Source of the DNA: a virus
Taxonomy: Duplodnaviria; Caudoviricetes
Strand: one strand, 5' to 3'
DNA: 29,984 nucleotides
Virus record (IMG/VR): IMGVR_UViG_3300025534_000029
Coordinates: 1-29,984 of that record
Below, in pieces: positions 1 to 8,385 of this stretch (the stretch's first letter is position 1; every line of letters begins with the position of its first letter). The notes beneath the pieces were generated by a model. The model was not told the DNA's origin and searched no databases. It saw only the letters and a program-made list of their open reading frames with translations. The position numbers and the translations under genes were made by a program.

Positions 1-51
1 CCTTCGTTTGCAACGCGGATAATTTTTTCATGAAAGGGGGGTAACGAAAGA

Positions 52-366
52 ATGGCAGTTCCAACGGAAAAATTAATACGTGAGTATCTTGGAGACTCTT
101 ATCAGGAATCTGATGAGCAATTAATAAAATTGTACGTTGAGACTCATCAGTTTTATAGACGTTTAAGAAATGAAATCAAAAAATCTGACTTGTTGATGGA
201 GCATACAAATAAGGCTGGAGCAACCAATTTGGTGAAAAATCCATTGGCTATCGAGCTTACAAAAACTGTTCAGACATTGAACAATTTGTTAAAATCACTC
301 GGTTTGACGCCTGCTCAGCGTAAGAAAGTAGTGAATGAAGATGAAGATGACTTCGAAGACTTCTAA
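52..366 (+). CDS. terS: Terminase small subunit (P27-like family)
   Basis: RBS AAAGGGGG; NKAGATNLVKNP and LGLTPAQR motifs; overlaps terL. Confidence 0.9.
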   Translation: MAVPTEKLIREYLGDSYQESDEQLIKLYVETHQFYRRLRNEIKKSDLLMEHTNKAGATNLVKNPLAIELTKTVQTLNNLLKSLGLTPAQRKKVVNEDEDDFEDF

Positions 367-2071
367 TGGAGTAATTCACGTACTTTCAAAACCTTCACCG
401 ACTTTACTTACAACTTGGTATGCTGAACAGGTAGTTAAGGGGAAAATTATTGCTTCTAAAAACGTAATTTTGGCTTGTAAACGCCATTTAAATGACCTAA
501 AAAGAGCGGGAACGGATGAATTTCCTTATGTTTTTGATGAAGAATTAGGGCACAGACCGATACGCTTTATAGAAAAGTTTTGCCGTCCGTCTAAAGGGAA
601 TTATAAGCAACTGATCCTTCAGCCATGGCAGCATTTCATATTAGGCAGCCTGTTTGGATGGGTTCATAAAGAAACAAGATTAAGGCGCTTTAAAGAGGGC
701 CTTATTTTTGTTGGCCGAAAAAACGGAAAAACTACTAAAATTTCAGGTGTTGCATTGTATGGAGTAAGCAAAGATGGGGAAAATGGTGCTGAGATACCGT
801 TGCTTGCAAACTCAATGAAACAAGCTCGGATTTTATTTGATGAAGCAAAAGCAATGGTGAAATCTTCTCCGAAACTAAAAAAACATTTTCGAACATTGCG
901 GGATGCTATTCATTATGATAAAACTTTTTCCAAAATTGAACCGCAGGCTTCTGATTCAGAAAAATTGGATGGTTTAAATACACATATCGGGATATTTGAC
1001 GAAATTCACGAGTATAAAGACTATAAATTGATCAACGTCATTAAAAATTCGCGCGGGTCCAGGGAACAACCGTTGCTCATTTATATTACGACAGCCGGAT
1101 ATCAGCTTGACGGCCCGTTGGTGGATTATTATGAACTGGGTAGTGACGTTTTAAATGGTGCCGTGACGGATGAAAGAACATTTTATTACCTGGCTGAATT
1201 GGATGATCCAAGTGAATTTGATAAACCGGAAATGTGGGTGAAGGCGAATCCTAACCTTGGCGTTTCAATTAAGCTGGAAGATATGATCGAGGAATGGGAA
1301 AAGGCGAAAAGAATTCCGGCTGAAAGAAATGACTTTATTACGAAGCGCTTTAATATTTTTGTTCAGTCAGATGAACAATCCTTTTTGGATTTTGAAACAA
1401 TAAAACGTAATGATAAGGTCCTGGATTTAAAGAAATTAGAGGGGAAACCTTGTATTGGCGGATTTGATTTATCTCAAACAGAGGATTTTACAAGCGCATG
1501 CCTTGAATTTCCGTTAGATACAGGTGAAGTTTTTGTGTTATCTCACTCATGGATTCCGAAGAAAAAAGTTTTGAGCTCTAATGAAAAAATCCCATATCGA
1601 GAGTGGGAAGAAGAAGGACTTCTTTCAATATGTAAAGGTGATTACGTTGATTATCAATCTATTTTTGATTGGTTTGTGGAGCAATCAAAGAAATATACAA
1701 TCGAATTAATCACGTTTGACCCTGCAAATGCTTATCGACTTGTGGAAGATTTAAAGTCTTATGGGTTTAATACGTTGGCTGTTCGTCAAGGATATCTCAC
1801 ATTAAGCCCAGCATTAAAAGATGCGAAAGAACTTTTCTTGGACAGAAAAGTTATTTTCAATAAAAACAAATTATTTCGTTGGTATATCAATAATGTTAAG
1901 TTAGTTGAAGACAGAAACGGAAACTGGCTACCAACAAAACAAGGTCGCTACCGTAAAATTGACGGGTTCGCGGCTTTTTTAAATGCTCATACAGAAGTAA
2001 TGAAAAAAATGGTTACACCGCATGGTAATGGGAACATCGAATTTGTTTCAGTTAATGATTTATTTAGATAA
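335..2071 (+). CDS. terL: Terminase large subunit
   Basis: LQPWQ, Walker A GRKNGKT, Walker B IFDE, ITTAG coupling motif, nuclease GGFDLS and KIDG; exact start ATG (335/341/347) uncertain. Confidence 0.97.
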   Translation: MKMKMTSKTSNGVIHVLSKPSPTLLTTWYAEQVVKGKIIASKNVILACKRHLNDLKRAGTDEFPYVFDEELGHRPIRFIEKFCRPSKGNYKQLILQPWQHFILGSLFGWVHKETRLRRFKEGLIFVGRKNGKTTKISGVALYGVSKDGENGAEIPLLANSMKQARILFDEAKAMVKSSPKLKKHFRTLRDAIHYDKTFSKIEPQASDSEKLDGLNTHIGIFDEIHEYKDYKLINVIKNSRGSREQPLLIYITTAGYQLDGPLVDYYELGSDVLNGAVTDERTFYYLAELDDPSEFDKPEMWVKANPNLGVSIKLEDMIEEWEKAKRIPAERNDFITKRFNIFVQSDEQSFLDFETIKRNDKVLDLKKLEGKPCIGGFDLSQTEDFTSACLEFPLDTGEVFVLSHSWIPKKKVLSSNEKIPYREWEEEGLLSICKGDYVDYQSIFDWFVEQSKKYTIELITFDPANAYRLVEDLKSYGFNTLAVRQGYLTLSPALKDAKELFLDRKVIFNKNKLFRWYINNVKLVEDRNGNWLPTKQGRYRKIDGFAAFLNAHTEVMKKMVTPHGNGNIEFVSVNDLFR

Positions 2072-2090
2072 TGAAAGGCGGGTTTTTGTC

Positions 2091-2450
2091 TTGAATTTAG
2101 AGTTAGCAAACAGAAGTATTTTAAATTGTTTGGAATTGGCGGCAGAAAAGGGAGAATTTATTTATACGAGGCGTGATCAGCGCAGATTAGGAAAATCAAA
2201 AGCTCTTATTCAATTTGCTAAAGAGCATGGATATGTAGTGTTGGTGCATAGCCAGATCGTTGCTCGAGAATTTCAAAAACGATATGAATATCAGTTTATT
2301 AAGGGAATTGATTATCCCAACAGATACCTTGATGGTCTTGGACCGTTTGTGTTTGATGAGGGATGTAGCCCAGCGCATATCAACGAATTGACTAGACGCG
2401 GTTTCAAAATTATTACAGGCTTCATGAGTGAAGGTCCCATAACGGATTGA
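2091..2450 (+). CDS. Small protein with P-loop NTPase-like motifs, inserted between terL and portal
   Basis: RBS GAAAGGCGG before TTG 2091 (track start 2022 lies inside terL); RRLGKS and FVFDE motifs. Confidence 0.75.
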   Translation: MNLELANRSILNCLELAAEKGEFIYTRRDQRRLGKSKALIQFAKEHGYVVLVHSQIVAREFQKRYEYQFIKGIDYPNRYLDGLGPFVFDEGCSPAHINELTRRGFKIITGFMSEGPITD

Positions 2451-2490
2451 TTACGGAAGTAGTGAAACAGATGAGAAAGGTGGTGAGAAC

Positions 2491-3732
2491 TTGAAATGGT
2501 ATGGAAGATTTAAACATGCTGTAAAAGCAGCTATAACAGGATGGAAAAATTATACATCAACTTTTGACTTATCAAACTGGTTTGGTCGTCGATTTTGGGG
2601 CATAGACAACTCAAAATTAGCCACAAATGAAACAATTTTTAGCGTGATAAGCCGTTTAGCAAACACTTTGTCATCGTTACCATTAAAATTGTATAAAGAA
2701 TACGATGTTGTTATTAATCAAGCTGCCGATGTTGTGATTAATAATCCGAATCCTAATATGTCTGGGTTCGATTTGATAAACAAGTTAGAGGTATCCAGGA
2801 ATGAAACTGGTAATGGTTACGCAGTCATTATGAGGGACATTCGATTGCAACCAGAACAAATCGTCCCCATTGATTCGGCTTATGTCACTCCTTTCATAAA
2901 CACGGATGACAATAATTTGTGGTATGAAGTGAGAGGGACTGATGGAACTTACTATTTTCATAACATGAATATGCTTCATGTTAAACATATTACAGGTGCA
3001 TCTCGTTGGGTGGGTATCAATCCCCTGAATGTATTAAAGAATACTCTCGATTATGATAAAGCTGTCCAGGAATTTAGTTTGTCTGAAATGCAAAAGAAGG
3101 ATAGTTTTATCCTTGAATATGGGGCAAATGTGGATACTGATAAAAGACAGCGAATTATAGATGATTTTAGGCGTTTTTATCAGGAAAATGGCGGGATATT
3201 GTTTCAAGAACCCGGTGTAACAGTAAAAGATATTGAGCGAAAATATTTTGCTTCTGATACATTGGCTTCTGAACGAATAACACGTTCAAGAGTAGCCAAC
3301 GTTTTTAATGTGCCGGTATCTTTCTTAAATGATACAGAAGGTCAAAGTTATTCTTCAAATGAACAAATGATGATTCAGTTTGTTCAAATGACTTTAACGC
3401 CTATTGTTAGGCAATATGAACAAGAATTGAACCGAAAATTGCTTACTCCAGAGGAAAGAAAAGCTGGTTATTACTTTAAATTTAACCTTGGAGGTCTTTT
3501 ACGCGGTGATACTTCCGCAAGAACACAGTTTTATCAAGCAATGTTACGGAGCGGAGTACTATCACCTGATGAAGTAAGACGACTAGAAGACGTTCAGCCT
3601 CGAGGAGGTGCAGCGGATCAATTATGGATTAGTGGAGACTTGTACCCAATTGAAATGGATCCAAGAGACCGTAAAGGAGGTGATAAAGGTGTCAAAGGGA
3701 GCGAAACAAAAGAAAAAATATTGGGAAATTAA
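2491..3732 (+). CDS. Portal protein, HK97 family
   Basis: RBS AAAGGTGGTG; LSSLPLKLY, GNGY, VANVFNVP, LLRGD, SPDEVR motifs. Confidence 0.97.
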   Translation: MKWYGRFKHAVKAAITGWKNYTSTFDLSNWFGRRFWGIDNSKLATNETIFSVISRLANTLSSLPLKLYKEYDVVINQAADVVINNPNPNMSGFDLINKLEVSRNETGNGYAVIMRDIRLQPEQIVPIDSAYVTPFINTDDNNLWYEVRGTDGTYYFHNMNMLHVKHITGASRWVGINPLNVLKNTLDYDKAVQEFSLSEMQKKDSFILEYGANVDTDKRQRIIDDFRRFYQENGGILFQEPGVTVKDIERKYFASDTLASERITRSRVANVFNVPVSFLNDTEGQSYSSNEQMMIQFVQMTLTPIVRQYEQELNRKLLTPEERKAGYYFKFNLGGLLRGDTSARTQFYQAMLRSGVLSPDEVRRLEDVQPRGGAADQLWISGDLYPIEMDPRDRKGGDKGVKGSETKEKILGN

Positions 3733-4462
3733 GATGTCTGCTGATAGTGATAATACGGCGGACATTTTTATTTATGGTGACATTGTGAGATATGAACGGG
3801 ATGAAACAGAAATATCGGCTGCAAGTTTTAAAAAAGACTTAGATGCGGTTGGTGATGTAAATACCATAAATCTTTACATTAATTCACCTGGCGGCAGCGT
3901 GTTTGAAGGCATTGCCATTCATAACATGTTGAAGCGTCATAAAGCGAAAATCAATGTATATGTAGATGCATTAGCAGCTTCGATTGCAAGTGTCATCGCT
4001 ATGACTGGTGACACCATCTATATGTATAAAAATTCGATGATGATGATCCACAATCCGTGGAGTGTAGCGGTTGGAAATTCATCAGAATTACGAAAAATTG
4101 CTGATGATTTAGACCGAATTGGCCATTCCAGCAAGCAATCTTACCTTCAGAAAGCCGGTGATAAGCTTACTGATGAAAAACTTCAAGAAATGTTAGACGC
4201 TGAAACTTGGTTGTCGGCTGATGAAGCTTATGGGTTTGGACTTTGTGACGTCGTACTAGAAGCAAATCAAATGGTTGCATCTATTAGTGACGAATTGCTT
4301 TCTAGATATAAAAATGTTCCAAAAGAGTTAAAAAATCAGGGAAAAAATCAGCAAAAATCGGCTATTTTAGCTGAAGAAATGGCCAAAAGACAGCAAATTT
4401 TAGAGGAATCAAAAGCAAATTTAGCTTATATTAATACAATTTTAGGAGGTATGTATTCATGA
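3689..4462 (+). CDS. Prohead maturation protease, ClpP family
   Basis: RBS AAAGGAGGTGA before GTG 3689; INSPGGSV, LAASIASVI, MMIHNP, ETWLSA motifs. Confidence 0.96.
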   Translation: MSKGAKQKKKYWEIKMSADSDNTADIFIYGDIVRYERDETEISAASFKKDLDAVGDVNTINLYINSPGGSVFEGIAIHNMLKRHKAKINVYVDALAASIASVIAMTGDTIYMYKNSMMMIHNPWSVAVGNSSELRKIADDLDRIGHSSKQSYLQKAGDKLTDEKLQEMLDAETWLSADEAYGFGLCDVVLEANQMVASISDELLSRYKNVPKELKNQGKNQQKSAILAEEMAKRQQILEESKANLAYINTILGGMYS

Positions 4463-5589
4463 AAACACTTTATGAATTGAAACAAAATTTAGCGACAATT
4501 GGACAACAACTTCAAAAAGTAGAATCTCAATTAGCAGAGAAGGCAGTAGATCCAAATGCCTCGATGGAAGAAATTCAAGAACTCCAAAAGTCACGAGATG
4601 ACTTAAAAATGCGTTTTGACGTTATAAAAGAGCAACATGACGCGTTAGAAGCGGAGCAAAAAGCGAAATTTGAAGCAAAAAACGGCATTAATTCTGTTGA
4701 TGATCCTGAACAAAAAGTGATTAAAGCGAAAGCAGAATTGATTCGGGCAACAATTAACAAACGTCCTGTTTCTGTTGATGTTCGCCAAGCGCTTGGAGAT
4801 AATGACACAACAGGCGGTAATAAATTCTTACCAAAAACCGTATCGACTGAAATTTTATCAGAGCCATTTGTGAAAAACCCATTGCGCGAACTATCTACAT
4901 TTACTCAAATTACGAATCTCGAAGTACCGAAAATTGATTTTACGCTGGATGATGATGATTTTATTGCTGATACCGAAACAGCAAAAGAATTGAAAGCTAC
5001 TGGTTCTAATGTGCAATTCGGGCGTCATAAGTTTAAAGTGTTTGCTGGGGTATCTGAAACGGTATTGAATGGAACAGATGCAAACTTAGTAGCAAAAGTT
5101 GAACAAGCTCTCCAGTCCGGTGTTGCTGCAAAAGAAAAGAAAGTTGCTTTTGCTACTAGTCCAAAATCAGGTGAAGAACATATGTCATTTTATGCTAGTG
5201 GTATTAAAGAAGTAAGTGGAGATGATTTATATAAAGCAATTAAAGCAGCTATTGCTGACTTACATGAAGATTATCGTGAAAATGCAAAAATTGTCATGAC
5301 TTACCAAGATTACTCTGATATCATTGAAACTCTAGCGAATGGTAATGCTACATTATATACAGCCCAACCAGAACAAATTTTAGGGAAACCTGTTGTATTC
5401 TGTGATGCAGCTGTTAATCCAATTATTGGAGATTTTTCCTATTCGCATTTTAATTATGATTTAAATGCTCTATATGAAACGGATAAAGATGTCAAAACAG
5501 GAGTTCAGGCGTTTGTTGTAACTGCTTGGTTTGATCATCAAATTAAATTAAAATCAGCATTTCGTATAGCAAAAGTTAATACTCCCTAA
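4459..5589 (+). CDS. Major capsid protein, HK97 fold with N-terminal coiled-coil scaffold
   Basis: RBS AGGAGG; position after protease; GGNKFLP and IIGDFS motifs; ends CCC TAA. Confidence 0.96.
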   Translation: MKTLYELKQNLATIGQQLQKVESQLAEKAVDPNASMEEIQELQKSRDDLKMRFDVIKEQHDALEAEQKAKFEAKNGINSVDDPEQKVIKAKAELIRATINKRPVSVDVRQALGDNDTTGGNKFLPKTVSTEILSEPFVKNPLRELSTFTQITNLEVPKIDFTLDDDDFIADTETAKELKATGSNVQFGRHKFKVFAGVSETVLNGTDANLVAKVEQALQSGVAAKEKKVAFATSPKSGEEHMSFYASGIKEVSGDDLYKAIKAAIADLHEDYRENAKIVMTYQDYSDIIETLANGNATLYTAQPEQILGKPVVFCDAAVNPIIGDFSYSHFNYDLNALYETDKDVKTGVQAFVVTAWFDHQIKLKSAFRIAKVNTP

Positions 5590-5854
5590 TGCGCCGCAGG
5601 GCTTGACAGCTACTAACGTTACGGATACATCTGTTTCAATTTCTTGGGATGCTGTTGAGTATCCTGCGGGAATCAAAGAATATGAAATTTATAGAGATGG
5701 AGTGAAAGTGGGCACACGAGTAGGAACAACATTCACGGAAAGTGGTCTAGATGCTTCTACAACATATAAATATCAAGTAAAAGCAATTGGAAATAATAAT
5801 TTGGAATCGTCGTTAAGTGATGAATTGACCGTTACGACAACTGGCGGTGAATAA
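5585..5854 (+). CDS. Fibronectin type III domain, probable +1 frameshift extension of the capsid protein
   Basis: +1 frame reads PNAPQGLTATNVTDTSVSISW...YEIYRDG...GLDASTTYKYQVKA; no RBS before TTG 5603. Confidence 0.88.
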   Translation, partial: PNAPQGLTATNVTDTSVSISWDAVEYPAGIKEYEIYRDGVKVGTRVGTTFTESGLDASTTYKYQVKAIGNNNLESSLSDELTVTTTGGE

Positions 5855-5856
5855 AA

Positions 5857-6132
5857 TTGGATTTAGACAGATTAAAGCAATATTTACGCATTGATGGAAC
5901 CGAGGAAGATGACTTCCTCGGTTTTCTTATGGAGACAGCAAAAGAATTCCTAAAGGGAGCAGGAGTAGAAGAGTCAGAAAGCAATCGATATGAACTAGCA
6001 GTGATGATACTAGTATCACATTGGTATGAGAACCGAGAAGCAATAGGTAAAGTAACTTCACAGATAGAATATAGCTTACAGAGCTTAATTTTACAGCTAA
6101 AATACAGTGATACTGGAAGTGAGTCAATGTGA
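5857..6132 (+). CDS. Head-tail connector (gp6/gp15-like)
   Basis: LKQYLRIDGTEED and LVSHWYENRE motifs. Confidence 0.93.
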   Translation: MDLDRLKQYLRIDGTEEDDFLGFLMETAKEFLKGAGVEESESNRYELAVMILVSHWYENREAIGKVTSQIEYSLQSLILQLKYSDTGSESM

Positions 6133-6449
6133 ATCCAGGAAGACTGAAACACCGAATTGAGATTCAAGAAAAGAAAACCGTAAAGGATCCAGTGACAAAA
6201 CTTCCCAAAGAAACATTGGTTACTATTCACGAATGCTGGGCTGAAATTGAACAGCCAACAGGGAGAAAATTTTTCGAGGCAGCTGTGGCTCATCTTGAAT
6301 ATGCCGTCTTTTTTAATATTCGCTATAAAGAAGGTATAAAACCTGGAATGGTTGTTTCATTTAAGGAAAAGACGTACGAAATTGAGCAAGTGAAACCGGA
6401 TTTACAGTTTAAAAGGTGGACTACCCTCCAATGTAAGGAGGTGGTCTGA
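6129..6449 (+). CDS. Head closure / head-tail adaptor
   Basis: MNPGRLKHRI, WAEI, FNIRY, YEIEQV motifs. Confidence 0.92.
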   Translation: MNPGRLKHRIEIQEKKTVKDPVTKLPKETLVTIHECWAEIEQPTGRKFFEAAVAHLEYAVFFNIRYKEGIKPGMVVSFKEKTYEIEQVKPDLQFKRWTTLQCKEVV

Positions 6450-6835
6450 TGGGCGCTTCAATGGAATTAGAAGGATTCGTTGAACTTCAAAAAAGACTAA
6501 ATGAATTAGGTAAAAAGGGAAAAAAGGTAGAAAACAGAGCAATTCAGGCAGGCGCTAAAATACTAGCTGACACTATAAGGAAAGAAGTTCCGGTTTCAAA
6601 CATTGACCATCTCCACATACGGGATGATATTCAAGTTTCTAGAACAAAACGGAAAAACGGTATAGCTTTCGCTGATGTTGGTCCTGGTAAAGAAACAGCA
6701 TGGCGTGCGAAATTCCTTGAATTTGGTACTGTGAAAATGCCGCCGAATCCTTTTATGTCTCGTGCAGAAAAAAAGTCACAAAATGAAGTGTTAGCTACAA
6801 TCAAACAAGAGATACGGAAGGAGTTGGACATATGA
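6449..6835 (+). CDS. HK97 gp10-like neck/tail morphogenesis protein
   Basis: FLEFGTVKMPPNPFM motif. Confidence 0.92.
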   Translation: MGASMELEGFVELQKRLNELGKKGKKVENRAIQAGAKILADTIRKEVPVSNIDHLHIRDDIQVSRTKRKNGIAFADVGPGKETAWRAKFLEFGTVKMPPNPFMSRAEKKSQNEVLATIKQEIRKELDI

Positions 6836-7200
6836 TTGATATGGAAGTGCCTGTTATATCGGCATTAGAAAATGATCCAACTCTTTCTTCTCTTGTTGGA
6901 GATAAAATTTTTCGCTTGATTGTTCCGGATGAATATGCAGATCAATATCCGTATATTCGTGTAATCGAAATTGATAATACTGACAACGACTATCGAGACA
7001 ACAAAGCGAAAGCAAGTGATATTGACGTTCAAATTGATTTTTGGACAAAAGACGATCCAGCAAGTTTACAAAATGCAATAGATAATGTAATGAAGTCGCT
7101 TCAATGGAAACGCATTGGGGTGGCTTCTTTTTATGAAGAAAATACCGGAGCAATCCGGAAAGCTATGCGTTACAAAACAAAAATTAGATTGGAGGAATAA
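6832..7200 (+). CDS. Tail completion/terminator protein
   Basis: Position before major tail gene; YPYI and VQIDFW motifs. Confidence 0.8.
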   Translation: MIDMEVPVISALENDPTLSSLVGDKIFRLIVPDEYADQYPYIRVIEIDNTDNDYRDNKAKASDIDVQIDFWTKDDPASLQNAIDNVMKSLQWKRIGVASFYEENTGAIRKAMRYKTKIRLEE

Positions 7201-7203
7201 TAT

Positions 7204-7779
7204 ATGGCAATTGTAGGTTTAGAAAATATTGTTTATGCAAAGGTGATTCAAGATGATAAAACAGGTGTTCAATATGATGAGGTAAAACCTTTTGCACCTG
7301 CTATTACCGCACAAGTTGAAACGGCACAAGAAAGTGCAACGCAATATGCAGATAATGGACCAATTAGTGTTATCACACAAACAGGAGAAACAACATTGAC
7401 CTTAACAGTTGATGAAATTCCTCTTGAAGTATTAGCTGATATTTTGGGATTAGAACTCAAAAAAGGTGTTCTTATTTATAAACAAGATGCTGTTCCTCCT
7501 TACATTGCATTAGGATTCACAGGAAATAAGGACAATGGGGAAAAGCGTTTAGTATGGCTAACAAAAGGGCGTTTCTCAATTCCAAGTGATGAATGGAATA
7601 CAAAAACAGATTCACCGGAATTTCAAAACCAAGAGATTGAGGGAACGTTTATCCGCAGAGAATTCGATAAAGTTTTCAAAATCGTTGGGGATACAGATAT
7701 TCCGGATTTTGCGCCGTACGTAGACACGTTCTTTGATTCTGTATTTGACTTGTCTGTGTTAGATGGCACAGGATCGTAA
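7204..7779 (+). CDS. Major tail (tube) protein, phi13-like family
   Basis: IVGLENIVYA, YADNG, PPYIALGF, VWLTKGRF motifs. Confidence 0.93.
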   Translation: MAIVGLENIVYAKVIQDDKTGVQYDEVKPFAPAITAQVETAQESATQYADNGPISVITQTGETTLTLTVDEIPLEVLADILGLELKKGVLIYKQDAVPPYIALGFTGNKDNGEKRLVWLTKGRFSIPSDEWNTKTDSPEFQNQEIEGTFIRREFDKVFKIVGDTDIPDFAPYVDTFFDSVFDLSVLDGTGS

Positions 7780-7781
7780 TG

Positions 7782-7808
7782 AGCCGGATTTTTATCCGGC
7801 TTTTTTTT
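7782..7808 (+). terminator. Intrinsic terminator after major tail gene
   Basis: AGCCGGAT-TTTT-ATCCGGCT then T-run. Confidence 0.9.
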
Positions 7809-7834
7809 ACATAAAACATTAGGAGGGAAAGATA

Positions 7835-8191
7835 ATGGAAATCACTTTGAAGATTAATGGTGATGATAAAACGTTTGTTCAAGAGTTTATCCCATTGAAG
7901 ATGTACCGAAAGGCACTAGAGGTGGAAAAATACGCACAATCCAAAAATGTAGACGAGGAAAAATTGTTTGATAAACGCCTCAATTTGATTGTGGAGGCGT
8001 TCGGCAAACAATTTACGAAGGATGAATTAGAAAATGGCTTAAATGCCATTGATCATCAGAAAGTATTCTATAACATTATTGGCGTTGGTATTTTAGGTTA
8101 TCGTCCTCTTGAAGAACAAGAAGACTTGGGAAAGTATCTAAAGGAACTCGTGGAAAACGAGTCACAATCGACGAACGAATCGACCAAATAA
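7835..8191 (+). CDS. Tail assembly chaperone (gpG-like)
   Basis: Between tail tube and tape measure; FGKQFTKDELENG motif; GGGAAAG slippery site at 8128-8134. Confidence 0.9.
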   Translation: MEITLKINGDDKTFVQEFIPLKMYRKALEVEKYAQSKNVDEEKLFDKRLNLIVEAFGKQFTKDELENGLNAIDHQKVFYNIIGVGILGYRPLEEQEDLGKYLKELVENESQSTNESTK

Positions 8192-8370
8192 AAGAGATTT
8201 ATTTACATCTCATGAACACTAGAGATTGGACGCCGGCTCAAATAGATGAAATTGATGTCCATTATTATTTTGAATTGTTAACACACCAAGAAAAAATGAA
8301 CGATCCGAAAGAAAAACGAAAAAGAAAATGGAGAAATCAAAAGGTTGTTCCGATCGATGCTGTTTTCTAG
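8128..8370 (+). CDS. Tail assembly chaperone gpT part, reached by -1 frameshift (fusion about 178 aa)
   Basis: -1 frame open from G GGA AAG to TAG 8368-8370: GKVSKGTRGK...IKEIYLHLMNTRDWTPAQIDEIDVHYYFELL...PIDAVF. Confidence 0.88.
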   Translation, partial: GKVSKGTRGKRVTIDERIDQIKEIYLHLMNTRDWTPAQIDEIDVHYYFELLTHQEKMNDPKEKRKRKWRNQKVVPIDAVF

Positions 8371-8385
8371 AAGGAGGTGGGGTAG

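Noticed and set aside
1-51. cos site
   Set aside because: Position upstream of terS fits, but the window edge cuts the region and no cohesive-end sequence can be identified
7770-7810. Frameshift extension of the major tail protein as in SPP1
   Set aside because: Gene ends TCG TAA and is followed directly by a terminator
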